64,000 nt of DNA, taken from assembly GCA_965153355.1 (NCBI GenBank), contig OZ231126.1, positions 36,456,001-36,520,000 of the forward strand. The letters run 5' to 3'. This DNA comes from Flaccisagitta enflata. Lineage: Eukaryota. Positions within the stretch are counted from its first letter, which is position 1; every line of letters starts with the position of its first letter. Position numbers and translations under genes: made by a program. Shown here in pieces: positions 1-54,618 of this stretch. A model generated the notes under the pieces. That model saw only the letters and a program-made list of their open reading frames with translations. It ran no database searches and was not told the origin of the DNA.

Positions 1-95
1 GATTCCTGGACAGGCCCAGCCTTACCCCCTTCTTTTTGATTGAGCTGCAGAGTGAGTGGAAATGTGATAGTGTGTTTTGTGGCCAAACACCAACT

Positions 96-159
96 GGCCT
101 GTTGGTCTAGAGGTATGATTCCTGCTTCGGGTGCGAGAGTTCGATTCCCGGACAGGCCC
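96..159 (+). pseudogene. tRNA-Pro pseudogene
   Basis: 8-nt deletion in variable loop/T stem and altered anticodon stem. Confidence 0.8.
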
Positions 160-237
160 AGCCTTACCCCCTTCTTTTTGATTGAGCTGAAGAGTGAGTG
201 GAAATGTGATGGTGTGTTTTGTGGCCCAACACCAACT

Positions 238-309
238 GGCCTGTTGGTCTAGAGGTATGATTCTCGCTTCGGGTGCGAGAGGTCCCGGGTTCGATTCCCG
301 GACAGGCCC
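238..309 (+). tRNA. tRNA-Pro (anticodon CGG), intact copy
   Basis: GGCCTGTTGGTCTAGAGGTATGATTCTCGCTTCGGGTGCGAGAGGTCCCGGGTTCGATTCCCGGACAGGCCC: full cloverleaf, A and B boxes, anticodon arm CTCGC-TTCGGGT-GCGAG. Confidence 0.95.
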
Positions 310-387
310 AGCCTTACCCCCTTCTTTTTGATTGAGCTACAGAGTGAGTGGAAATGTGATAGTGTGTTTTGTGGCCAAACACCAACT

Positions 388-459
388 GGCCTGTTGGTCT
401 AGAGGTATGATTCTCGCTACGGGTACGAGAGGTCCCGGGTTCGATTCCCGGATAGGCCC
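388..459 (+). tRNA. tRNA-Pro(CGG) variant, probably defective
   Basis: Full length, but U33>A and an anticodon-stem mismatch (CTCGC-TACGGGT-ACGAG). Confidence 0.6.
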
Positions 460-537
460 AGCCTTACCCCCTTCTTTTTGATTGAGCTGCAGAGTGAGTG
501 GAAATATGATAGTGTGTTTTGTGGCCAAACACCAACT

Positions 538-606
538 GGCCTGTTGGTCTAGAGGTATGATTCTCGCCCCAGTGCGAGAGGTCCGGGTTCGATTACGGAC
601 AGGCCC
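538..606 (+). pseudogene. tRNA-Pro pseudogene
   Basis: Anticodon loop scrambled (CTCGCCCCAGTGCGAG) and small deletions in the T arm. Confidence 0.8.
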
Positions 607-684
607 AGCCTTACCCCCTTCTTTTTGATTGAGCTGCAGAGTGAGTGGAAATGTGATAGTGTGTTTTGTGGCCAAACAACAACT

Positions 685-756
685 GGCATGTTGGTCTAGA
701 GGTATGATTCTCGCTTCGGGTGCGAGAGGTCCTGGGTTCGATTCCCGGACAGGCCC
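685..756 (+). tRNA. tRNA-Pro(CGG), two substitutions
   Basis: 72 nt, intact anticodon arm; one acceptor-stem mismatch and one C>T in the T stem. Confidence 0.75.
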
Positions 757-834
757 AGCCTTAACCCCTTCTTTTTGATTGAGCTGCAGAGTGAGTGGAA
801 ATGTGATAGTGTGTTTTGTGGCCAAACACCAACT

Positions 835-906
835 GGCCTGTTGGTCTAGAGGTATGATTCTCGCTTCGTGCGCGAGAGGTCCCGGGTTCAATTCCCGGAC
901 ATGCCC
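835..906 (+). tRNA. tRNA-Pro-derived copy with anticodon changed to CGT
   Basis: Anticodon arm CTCGC-TTCGTGC-GCGAG; acceptor-stem mismatch (ACATGCC). Confidence 0.55.
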
Positions 907-1059
907 AGCCTTACCCCCTTCTTTTTGATTAAGCTGAAGAGTGAGTGGAAATCTTATAGTGTCAGGCCCAGTGACAGGCCCAGCCTTACCCCCTTCTTTT
1001 TGATTGAGCTGAAGAGTGAGTGGAAATGTGATAGTGTGTTTTGTAACCAAGCACCAACT

Positions 1060-1101
1060 GGCCTGTTGGTCTAGAGGTATGATTCTCGCTTCGGGTGCGA
1101 G
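1060..1101 (+). pseudogene. 3'-truncated tRNA-Pro
   Basis: Ends after the anticodon arm, where a CAGGCCTG-initiated element begins. Confidence 0.8.
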
Positions 1102-1498
1102 CAGGCCTGAGCAATTGTATTGGGTATTGGTATTGGGTTTACAATATTCTTGTATATTTGGGTTTCCCAATACACATAACTAATTTTGTATTATTAACAA
1201 AACAATACAATACTAAACAATACATAAAAAAAAATGATCAAGAGAAAAACGACATATATTTTGATATCTAATACATCCTCAGGTGATTTGTTTTTCTCTA
1301 ACATTGGGATCAATACTACAATTTTTAAGTTTGAGAATTTGGGGTTGACATAAGATATTTCAAGACTGTTGTTTCAGGAAGGAAAGAGTTTCAGTTGCGT
1401 GCTATTTTTGGTACATGGGGAGTATGAGAAGGTGCCCAGATGGCTATGGTCTCCTTTGGTCCGCCATATTTATCAGATGTTTTCTTGTAGTCTACATA

Positions 1499-2057
1499 CA
1501 CTGTCTTCGGATCGGACTGTAAAATGCAAAACCTTTATAGCTCCCAAACCATTTGAAAAAAAATCATGAAATTTTTAGTGAATTTTGGAAACATGTGACG
1601 GTTTTTGCCTGTCAAAGCTCAGATCATAGTATAAAAAGGTGAGGGAGATAAAATATTGAAAGAAAACCCATTTTTTAATCAAGATCAATTTTTCCCCCAT
1701 TTCCATAGGTAGGAGTTGTCTTTGTCTGCTTGAAATTGCTTTGCATTTCAACAAAAACTTTAGGATTTTTTTTTGGCGACAGATTTTAACCATATGTTAT
1801 CTATTTGCTGCATAATCTGAAAAAAAAACAGGACCTTCCTAAAAAAAACATGTAGCAAAAACAATTTTTCTTAAAAAATATGTTCTTTCAATATTTTGTT
1901 TTCCCCTCACCTTTTCCATAATATGATCTGAGCTTTGACATGCAAAAACCGTCACATATTACTAATATTCACTGTAAATTTCAGGACTTTTTTCCAAGTG
2001 GTTTAGGAGCTATAATTATAAAGGTTTTGCATTTTACAGTCCGATCCGAAGACGGTG
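1499..2057. mobile_element. Tc1/mariner-like MITE with ~170-bp TIRs
   Basis: TA|CACTGTCTTCGGATCGGACTGTAAAATGC...GCATTTTACAGTCCGATCCGAAGACGGTG|TA. Confidence 0.85.
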
Positions 2058-2423
2058 TATCTCAAGTTTGGACAGGAATTGGTGACCCTTTTCTAAATGG
2101 TACATATTTTTGGAAAAGTGTTGTGATAAATTCTGAAAAGGGAAGTTTCTTTCAGAAATTTTAAGGATAATTGTGATGGTCCGGATTAAACACCATTTAG
2201 AGCTCCAAAGGCTCTTGTCTTTTATATAGTGTGGAGTAGTAATGTTGTCCAACTTTTTTCCCTCATCTCCAAACCCTTTGATTATTTATGAATGTAGAAC
2301 AATATACAGGCCTGATTAGCTAATGGGTTGTTCAACACATCCAAAGCGAGTTTTCAGAGAAAAATGTAGCAGATCTCAGCAGATCTAAAATTTGAAGCGT
2401 TTTTAAAGGGGATTAAAACTCAC

Positions 2424-17008
<14,585 letters not shown>

Positions 17009-17770
17009 GGTTGAGTAAGTGAAAGACAATCTTGTCAGCCTTGTCAGCTTTCCATCGAATATTAGTATAGAATATTAGTATCTAGCTCCAAGCTATTGGC
17101 GTTGCAATAGTTTCTAGTTCGTCGATGACAAAAGCAGTCGTAAAATCCAGTTGCTTGTAAAATGTAGTTTCGAGTTGAAACTATTGCCAAATAATCCAAC
17201 GTTGTACGCTGTATATTGGATAGCAAAACGTTAAACAATAATCTTGGGTTGTCGGTACAACCGCATTGCAGAAAACGTTGGATCCCTTAAACAACAGTTT
17301 ACTGTGTTTAAACTGCATCATCAAATTTTTTTTCAAAGACAGAATTTTCTCATTTTAGAGGAAACCGAAAGGAGTAGTTATCTTTTCTTGTTTTGTGCTC
17401 CTCGACCTTCAAGATATCTTCGACAAAAAATAAAAGTTATTATTCTAGCTTCAATAAATAACTCTGAATGCTCTGATACAGGTTTCTTTTGATTAAGAAT
17501 GTGAGTTTTTCTGAAATGATCAATGGTTATTACAGATGGGTTGACCGATGGTAAAAAATAGACGGTCATTGCATCTGCCTTGAGGTCATCCTCATCCATC
17601 TCTTTTGCTGGACAGCAACACGCCGATGACAAATCTCCTACAACAAATGGAATACAACTACGAGAGATCAACAGGTCTTTTGACGTTCTTTCCCCTGGAC
17701 GTTGATGATCACGATGATGATGATGATGATGAGGATGATGCGTCAATTGTCAATTGTTAGGACACCTGAT

Positions 17771-17825
<55 letters not shown>

Positions 17826-18173
17826 GCACGCAATGGGATGGTCTAGACGAGGATCCAAGGAGGGCTGCTCCACAGCAGAATATCCTGTCCTATGCTATGG
17901 ACTCGGGCAACATCATCCGGCCTTTTCTCTCAACAGGGAAGGAATAAACTTTCCTGAGAGGAACTTATGATTTAATGTTTGACACCCGTCACCACGACAA
18001 CCTGTGTTCTTTTGTTAAAGGTTAAATTTCGAGATTGAAATTAGGGTTTAATAATGTCGAGGCTGAGGGCGTTAGCTATTTTACAATTCCAGTATTTTAT
18101 GGTCTTTTGTTTGAGGGTCTTTTTTTCCAAAGTAACTAGATGGGAGCGAAATAATGCAAACTACACGTAATGC

Positions 18174-18888
18174 TCGGGTGTGTCAATACACACTTACTTT
18201 GTTTGATTGTAAATCGCGAAGTAGTATTTCTTTCGAATGAAAATCCTTGAGTTGAAATCTATCGATTTTAGCTTTTAAGTTGCTTGTCGCTATGACTAAT
18301 TCTTATATGTAAGCTCTAAATCAAGGGATATCCATTTAAGGATGGATTTAAGCCCAGGATTTCACTTCACGTAATCAGTCGGGTGTGTCAATATGCAAAG
18401 GGTTTTTTGATAAGACCATCAACATCAGACAGCATAAGATATTAAATTTTAAGACTTTTAGCGTTTTTATTTTATCAAATTTCATTCATCTTCCATTTTT
18501 TTTCAAAACCCCATTTTAGATGCTAATTTATCTGTATTAATGATTTTCTATCAGTATCATTGTTACTGAACTTAATCAGATTTACCACATGAATATCTTG
18601 ATGCTAATTCAAGTTGCAACAAAATAATGGTTGTTTATTTATCACCAAAGTTGTATAAAGAGACAATAACAAATCTTTTCTGTAGAAGTTATGAGTCTTA
18701 TTTTCACCAAAACTCAGTGCAGGTGCTGGAAATATATATATTTTTGATAATCTTTTCTTGCGCTAAAAAAACGGAAGATGATATAAATTTTAAAAAATAA
18801 AAATGCTAAAAGTTTTAAAATATTTTTGTTTACACTACCTGATGTCGATGATCTAATCAAACATACTTTTGCATATTGACACACCCGA
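18174..18888. mobile_element. Mutator-like MITE, 9-bp TSD ACGTAATGC
   Basis: TIR TCGGGTGTGTCAATA; same family as 37359-38617. Confidence 0.75.
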
Positions 18889-18903
18889 ACGTAATGCATT
18901 ACT

Positions 18904-19432
18904 TTTGGGGCAGCGGCCCAAAAGAGCCAATGTCCTGCATAACAAGGGGGAAATTTCAAGACATCCCTCCGTTTTTTATCCTTTCCATCCTTCCACCCCC
19001 CCCTCCGTTGACCATTGAGGCCTAAGATTAGCCCTCCAGGCCTCAAAACAGACCACCTAGCTTCAAATCAGCCCCCTGTGCCTCAAATCCGACCTACAGA
19101 CCTCAAATCTGCCCTCAAGACCTACAATCAGCCCTACAAGTTTTCAATCAGCCCTCCGTGCCTCAAATCAGCCCTCCAGACCTCATATCTGCTCTCCAAA
19201 CTTCATAGATGCTCTCCAAACCTAAAATCTGTGCCTTCAGTATCCTAAATCAGTCATCTAAAGCCTGAAATTGCCACCACAGGACATCTGGAAATTCACC
19301 CCTGTGTTCTAAAGGACATCGGCTCTTTAAAGCTGCTGCCCTGCTCTCACTCCACTTCTTCACTGGATAACTACAAGCAGGGCACAGGATACCGCTGACC
19401 ATATGGGATCCTTGGTCCTTGGCTGACTAGTT
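18904..19432 (+). mobile_element. Family B interspersed element with degenerate 21-bp minisatellite
   Basis: Ends homologous to 28631-29097. Confidence 0.65.
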
Positions 19433-19639
19433 TAAATAACGGTCGCATGTTCAGGAGCAGTCATTTTCATTGATGTGCCTGCCCAATCAATGTCTAAGCT
19501 TCTGCATTGGTACCCTTGCCTACCACACATTAAAATTAGCACGGTCCATGGCTAATCCACCAATCCCTGGCCACTACCAGCTCATTGCGCCTACATTTCA
19601 CTGATCTATGCAGCTTTCCTCATCCTTGGCCGAAGACTA

Positions 19640-19791
19640 CAGTTGAACCCCGCAATAAAGGATGCCAAGTGATTGATAAATTCTATCGGTTATGAGTGGA
19701 TTCCTGTTATTGCCAATAAAATGAAATAATATGAAAAGACTAAGATGTCTATCTATTAAAGAAGGATTTTTGTTATAGCGGGATTTAACTG
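19640..19791. mobile_element. Tc1/mariner-like MITE
   Basis: TA|CAGTTGAACCCCGCAATAA...TTATAGCGGGATTTAACTG|TA; a related single end stops at about 10112. Confidence 0.75.
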
Positions 19792-20123
19792 TACTGTAGT
19801 GTAATAAAGCGAATCAGAAAACAGTTTTCGTTAATGAGTAGTATTTATTAAAAAACGAACGTCTCAACAAAAATCCTGATGACAATTATGCAATTGAAAG
19901 AAATGGGACATCGATGCACTGTTGTATAGTTCTTAACGTCAATTAATACTAAATGATATTTAGCAATTTTGGACAAAAATATCGCTTTCGCTTTAACACA
20001 TCTGCTATTGAAATTATGACGACCAGATACAGATCAAACCAGGGATAGACTGAGGCGGCAATCTTGCCTCGTCGTTTTTCTCGTACTAATATGACTAGTT
20101 GCGAACTTAACAAGGCCGGATAC

Positions 20124-20734
20124 GACGCACTGAAAATTACCATCAAATTTGCTACCCGAGCCACATGAATCATGAATTTTATAAAATGGAATTTGATGAA
20201 AAAATTTGCTTTGATATTTTCAATTAAACTGTCAACATACATATTTTGCATAAAATAACTTGCATATACCAGTATTAATCTCAAATCCTTTGTTTTACAG
20301 CTGAAAAACATGCGAAATACAATGAAAAACTCGCTTTGTCAATGTACCATGGCCCACTGAAAATTTTAAATTTGCATAGAAAATCAAAATATCAACAAAA
20401 CAAGAACATAGCGCGATTCCTAAATCATTTACTGAGCGCGCTATGTTCTTAATTTGTTGATTTTTTGATTTCCTATGCAAATTTAAAATTTTCAATGAGC
20501 AGTTGCTGAAATGATTGTTATCATTTTTTGTACTGTTTTGTCACATCAAAAGCGAGTTTCTTTCGATTTTTTTTGCATTCAAGTCATTTGACAGCAACAG
20601 ATTGGTTTCCTCACATATGTATGCACATCTAATTTTTCAAATAATAACACAATCATGGATCACAGCAAAAATTGTAAAGCGATTGGTAACTTTGTCCTCC
20701 GGGTACACTCTACTTGATTTACTTTCAGTGTGTC
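20124..20734. mobile_element. TIR element with GAC termini and 4-bp TSD (ATAC), nested in a family A copy
   Basis: Splits the family A end GGATAC|ACGG; TIR GAC(G/A)CACTGAAA; central palindrome at about 20358-20494. Confidence 0.8.
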
Positions 20735-21905
20735 ATACACGGCTACCCCAGTCGCGTGCGGTTAGGCAGGGGCTATATTTGAGGCCACTTGATCACTTGG
20801 GCAGGAGCAGTGAGGCCAAAGACCGCGAACCCCCCAAGAAGTAAAGTGTGACAGACGGACCGACGGACCGACGGACGGACCGACAAAGCGGGGTGTAGAG
20901 TCGCTTAGCACGCGACTAAAATTGACAGCTGTGAAGAAAAGAAAGGGAAAACTAAAAGGAAAACCACCGAAAAAATTGGTCATGCTACAAAAGGAAACCA
21001 GCGATAGAATGGAAGAAATCCGGTAGCCGTTAATATTTTAAAGAATCGCCGTTAAAAATCAAGCTCCGGTTACACAGTAACCAACATTCGAGTGAGCATT
21101 GAAAAGCATGCATGCAAATTCGCATTAATTCATTGCCCCGAAATACTTGTATTTTCTCTTTTTCAATCTTATCTTCTTTTCTTGAACTGACGATGATGAA
21201 ATATTCCATATTTCTAACGATCGGGAGTCTTCAATCTAAATTATGAATTTCCAATCGAGGCCTCATAATGTTGACCATCCCGCTTCTCTAAATCTATACT
21301 ATAGTGAAACTACATTTCATTTTCAAGCTGAGTGAGTGACGAAATAAAGTTATGAATTAATTCTATGACGAAGGATAGAAATGTGGAAAATCACATATCG
21401 TTTCAGGCTTTCAGCAGATGTATGAATGGATGGTTTTTGGATTGAATAAAGATGAAATTGATCAGTTTGGTGAAAAGAGACGAGGTTTTAAGTTGCCTTA
21501 TCGTGAAAATTAATGTTGAATTAACATAACTCAAATTAACTTGATAATGACACGCAATAATGAAGATGGCGTTTCAAAGTGATATCGGAAAATGATTGTG
21601 TTCTTGGCGGAAGAATCCCACAAATTTGATTCGGTGATTCTCCAAAGGAACTGTCATTCAACCGCGTTATGAGACAAAGACAAATCAAAAGGCAACTTAT
21701 CAAATAAATATTCATACAACGGGACGACCAGGGACAAAGAATATAGTAACAAATGATAAAATGAGTTCAAAATAACCGATATTATTGACTGTGATAGGAG
21801 GGGAGGGGGGCATCCAGTCTGAATGATGATGATGGTGGTGGTTAGGGATGGTAATGGTAGTGATTGTGGTGATGAAAATGGTGACGATGTTGCTGGCAAT
21901 GCAAC

Positions 21906-21947
<42 letters not shown>

Positions 21948-22041
21948 TGATGATGATGGCGATGATAATGACGTAAATGACGCAGATTGAGAAAAAAATG
22001 AGCAGCGAATCATGCGAGGGTCTGAAATCGTCTGAAAAAAA

Positions 22042-49172
<27,131 letters not shown>

Positions 49173-49669
49173 CGCCTCTCCACACTTTCCGCCTCATTAG
49201 AACGCACACACGCGTGCACACGCCCACGCCTAGGCGCGTACAAACGTCGACGTGCACGCACACGCCAGACCGCAAACTTCAGTGGCGCGTTACTGACGGC
49301 GACGTATCATTTTCTGATGTTGAGGTGGCGAGAAACGACGGTGTTCTTTTGTCTTTGACGTTCATTTCAAAAAGACGCAAACCGTCTCTCGCTCATAGCA
49401 GGTGCACAAATCATGCAAAAAAATCATTCACTTATTTCACGTCCTCATGGTGCATCGTGGAGCACTTCTTTTAATCCCAACTTGATGATTTCATTTTGAG
49501 TGTATCTCTACGACATGATAATAGTTGTCATGCGACGACGCGAAGAGGCGGTTTGGACGTCAATTGTCCTGTGGAAAAATGAAGTGAAAAAACGGGTTAT
49601 GAAGACGTATATGACGCAACTTGTTTGCAAAGAGAGCGAGAAAGAGAGAGCGAGAGAGAGCGAGAGAGC

Positions 49670-49801
<132 letters not shown>

Positions 49802-49970
49802 AAGAAAGAAAGAGAGACTAAGACATGGAAAGTCAAGCCAGAGGAAGAGAATAAAGGACAGACAGACCCAAGGAAAGTAAAAAGGGAAAATAAGGCACAG
49901 CAAGTTAAAGGTTTTCTTATTTTCTATCTTTTTGTTTAAAGAACAAAATCAATGTATCGATTCAGAGAAA

Positions 49971-50014
<44 letters not shown>

Positions 50015-51525
50015 GGAGGGACATTTGAACAAGTGACGCGGGGTAACAATAATGTTGCGGACGGGTGGGCAGTGGCGTCCAACCCCCCATGCACACCCTA
50101 TTCCTCACATAAGTACACAAACTTCACCATCAGTATGATGGTTTTTCAGCTTTTTGATTCAATCATTACCAACGGACCGACGAACCAACAGACCGACAGA
50201 CGGACAGACAAAGCCTCTTATGGAGTTGCGTGTCCGCAACTAAAAAGAAGAGGAAAATAAAGAGAGAGGCCTAGAGGCTGGGTTTACATTTGACTCGCTT
50301 TCTTTGAGCAAAAAAGAGGCAGAGAAAGAGACCCAGTGAATAGTGACCGTGGCGAAAATATTCTGGGAAACACGATTTTATCTCTTAACAAACACGACAC
50401 CTCCGGTAACTCCACTAATCGCCAAGATTGTCAGTTCCTCACTCTGCTCTGGCTCGAGTTTGGACCAGTTTTTCCCCGGAAGAGAAAGAGAAAAATCACG
50501 TTGGATTTGGGGCTTTTCAGTGTATTATTATTCTTTAATGAGCTTAAAATAATATTCTTTATATTTTTCGATGCAGACTGTCGCTCTTACTCTTCGCTCA
50601 GGCTTCCTGAGAGAGTCGGAGAAGAAAGAAGGTGACGGAATAATTCCGCGTAAATGCGAGTGATTCATGCCTTTGAAAGACTAAGTCCTGAGTTTGCTGA
50701 GCATTTCTGATCCGAGTTTTGCACCTGGGGGCTTGGTAAGCTCCCCAAGCGAGTCTTGAAGTCTCCACTTGAGATGGTCACATTCGATTTTTAATGGTTG
50801 ATTGTAGCGGTAAGGTTTTGTCACGTTATATTTATTCAATAAAACTCTGAATTCTGCCTTCTTAGGGATATCCCTGTTGTCCAATTTTCAGGCTCACTTG
50901 AGCGCTATTTCATGCCCGCTAAAAGTCATGGCTTAAAAAAAAAGATATTTTTTTCTTTACTTCAGAATCGACTCGAAAATGACAATCGTGATACGTGCCG
51001 AGTGGCTTTCTCGGTAGCTGAGATCTCGACAATTTAAGAGCCCAAAGTTTTCAACATTTTCAAAATTTGAGGTCGAGCGCGTCCTTCACAGAACTCTTTA
51101 AGACACGTAAATTGCCTTTCGCTAGAAAGTAGACGAGGAAATAAAAGAAAGGAAAAAAGAAAGGGCCTTCGACCAAACAGGGAGCGCAGAGGGCTTGGTA
51201 TACAAATTGTTTAATTCAATTAACGGTTTTTAAATTAGGTTAAAATTAATGACTCAAGATTTAGGCGGATACAACTTTGTCAATCAACCTGATCGCTTTA
51301 AATTTCAAAATGGCAAGTCTTTGAGAGCTTTGAGATTTGGAAAAAGTAACAGGAGGTGGACGAGAACCTGGATCTCGGAGAAGAATGGGAAACTCGTTGG
51401 TCGATAATCTTCGTTATCCACGCTTCGCATGGCCAAGCAACATTTTAACTAGACTCATTAGGAAGGTTGAATGGTTTGAAACTCTGATCCGACTTAGACA
51501 TCAGTGAAAATGAGCTCGACATCTA

Positions 51526-52335
51526 CACGCCGTATTTTATAGTCGCGTGCACGCGACTCTACAACCCGCTTTGTCGGTCCGTCCGTCCATCGGTCCGTCC
51601 GTCGGTCCGTCCGTCCGTCACACTTTACTTTTTTGTACTATAATGTCAACTCTTAGGACATTTTAAGTCATTTTAAGTCATTTATAGCTATTCAAAGTCA
51701 TTTTGAGTCATTCTAAGTTATTTTAAGTCATTTTAAGTCATTTAAAGTCATTTTAAGTTAATTTATGTCATTTTTGGTCATTTGGTTTTTTAGTCATTTT
51801 TAGTCAATTTCGGTCATTTTAGGTCATTCTAAGTCATTGAAAGTCATTCTAAGTCATTCTAAGTCATTCTTTGTCAGTAAGTCTCGCACGCGACTTATAG
51901 GTGTTGGCCTTGTTTTATAAGAACACAGTTTTTTGAAGTGAGGCTCAGCGTTCTTATTTTTTGCCAATTTTCAGCCTCAAATGTTCTTAATCCGTTCTTA
52001 TTTTTGTAGCATGGAAATTCTTTATCATAGTTGCTAACTAGTCATATTCAATGAAATGAATAAATTTTATTTTCAATGTTTACAATTTTTGCTTATGTTA
52101 AGTCATGAAATTTATAAAAATGTAAATGATAAAAGTAATTGGTTGAATTGCTTAGGTTAGAGGATTCTGTACAACGTTTTTTCATAGTTTCCTCAAAAAA
52201 TTATGCAGAAGCGTACTTTAAAATATATTTGTGCGGAAATCTGAGCCTGGGCATGTTCTTAAGATGTTCTTATTTTTTCACCATATCTGAGGCTGATGTT
52301 CTTATAAACAGTGTTCTTAGACAAAATACAGCGTG
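51526..52335. mobile_element. TA-flanked MITE with a nested family A element (51540-51915)
   Basis: TA|CACGCCGTATTTT...AAAATACAGCGTG|TA; small relative at 60636-60790. Confidence 0.75.
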
Positions 52336-53434
52336 TATGTGACCATGAAAACCCAGCCAGATAGCGTGGGTTGCAATTGTTCTACAGAGAAAAATATTTT
52401 ACTATCATCCAAATGGCATTTCCCTTTAGTAAATTCGGGGCGCTGCGTGGTATGAAGAAAATTTGCTAAAAATTTTTGAAAAAAAGGGGAAATCTTTTTT
52501 TCTTTTTTCACTCGCGATGAGGAAATTCCGCAGAACGATCAAACACAAAAGCAAGCAAGAACAGGCGAACCTGCCATAACCAAGGGGAAAAAAGGCGATT
52601 TTTAAGGCCAGTCAATAGGAGAAAAAAAAATCAAACCCAATTGAAGAATCTCGGACGTTTCCCAGATTTACGTTTTGTTAATTTACATACTGAAAAAAAA
52701 GACCTCATCACGGTCTTATTTGAGCATGAAGCGTCTTCATGTTTGGTTTTTAATTTAAAGTGGGAACTTGAAATGGTTGGGAATTTTTGAAAACTGACAA
52801 TTGATTTGACAAATGGCTGAGACCGATTTTCTTGTTTGATTTTACAAGGCGGTGGACATCTCAAGGCCGCGATGCGCATTCTATGCTGAAAACGCTGGCA
52901 TAGTTCGCGTAATAATTCCAGCAGGGTCGAAAAAAAAGAGCATGAAAAAAAAATAGTCGGGGTTTAACAGTCACATGTTAAATAGCCATGGAGAGGTGAA
53001 CATGAATTATAATTACCAAGTAAACATGAATATGTGTATTTGCTATCATTACACAACTAAGTAACTTTAAGGGGTGATTATGTAAATTTTCTGGGATTCA
53101 TCATTGAATACTGATACGTTAAGATTATATACTCTTTCTGTTTCTAGGAAATCATCGACCCCATCACAAAATCCATTTGACCCAAAAACGCCGCTTTACT
53201 GTCCTTTTGAAATAACTGCTTCGATCCAAATCTCCAGACAGCGTCCGTTACACAAACGTAGAAATTATCGAAAGATTATTTACATCACCAACTCCTGACT
53301 GATAATGACAGCCGACAGTCGAAAAGGCAAAAAGAAGTAAAACCGCAGACGTAAAAAAGACGGACGAAAAAGATTGTGAGCCATTGACTCGGTTATGAAA
53401 AAAAATCACTTTTTTCGCCTAGGAAAATGTGAAA

Positions 53435-53551
<117 letters not shown>

Positions 53552-54544
53552 TAGAAAGAGTGAGAAAGCAAGAAAAACGTTTGTCAAAAGACCCAGTCCG
53601 ACAGAACAAACACAGATGACAGAAACAGTGTGAAACGGATCTGGAGATAAATTTAGATTGATCAACGGACAAGAGAATTAAGAGTTGGAGGCAAATACTT
53701 TTCCTTCGGCATGTTTCTGTTAAAAAAGGAAGACTGTTTTTTTTTGTGAAATTTGAATTAAGGCCGGGCGACGTGTCAAAATAAAAATTGGCAAGGTCAT
53801 TTGAGGCCAGAGTCTCGGGATGCGGCCGGTGAAACTAGAATATGTGTTTACAAGGCGTAGATTGTGAATATGTTGACTGTATCATCAGCTACATGAGAAT
53901 ATGATTAATGGTGAAATAGCGCATAAAAGAACGATGTAACTGTTAGATAAGGATGACGCAGAATAGAAGGATAAATCGAAACAGGTGAAACAAAGCCATG
54001 AGGCCGGAGGATAGGTCTTGAGAGCTAAGTATCAAACAACCGCCCATACAGAGTCTGAACAATATTCACAGAGGAGTAGGTCTCATACAATTGCATCTCT
54101 GAAAAGCGATCCCATGCTTTGAATTTAACTGTTTAGAACCAAATTCATCTTCACTCGTAAGATAATGAAAAATAAAAAAAGAATAATTAAATGAAAACCA
54201 GGCAGAGCGAACAGACAAAGAAAACGGCAACAGCTGAACTCTGATGCTCACAAAAAACTTGAACAATCAGATGGATGAATCATGAAAGCATCCTTCATTT
54301 TTAGAGTTGAAAAATCCGAGTATTTCGGACAGAACGGGAGAAAGAAAGCAGAAAAGAAAGATTGAAAGTAAGAAAAGAGAAAAAGGAAGCGAACGCGAAT
54401 GCAAACGTGGGTTTGAACTGCTTTTTTGCCTCTCTTCCAAATCTCAAGTGGAAAAGGAGAGAAAAAAAAAAATTCCCCGCTTTTGAAAAATGGAAAACCG
54501 AATCGATCGCCCAGATTTCAAATATCCGAGTTCATCGTCAGTCT

Positions 54545-54618
<74 letters not shown>

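Larger units (their letters stand above)
1..1101 (+). repeat. Tandem array (~150-bp unit) of tRNA-Pro(CGG) genes/pseudogenes; continues off the left edge
   Basis: Unit = 72-nt tRNA plus ~78-nt conserved spacer with TTTTT (Pol III terminator) ~15 nt downstream; tRNA starts at 96, 238, 388, 538, 685, 835, 1060. Confidence 0.95.

Noticed and set aside
337-1170. 277-aa repetitive ORF
   Set aside because: Antisense translation of the 150-bp tRNA repeat
1102-2314. Single hAT element bounded by CAGGCCTG
   Set aside because: No TSD, and the two ends resemble different families
17378-17746. ORF with a VYFLPS motif as the KIAA2012 first exon
   Set aside because: Exon 15991-15846 matches the motif far better and has a consensus donor
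50681-50884. 67-aa ORF upstream of DCLK
   Set aside because: Non-ATG start, no motif, no supporting splice structure
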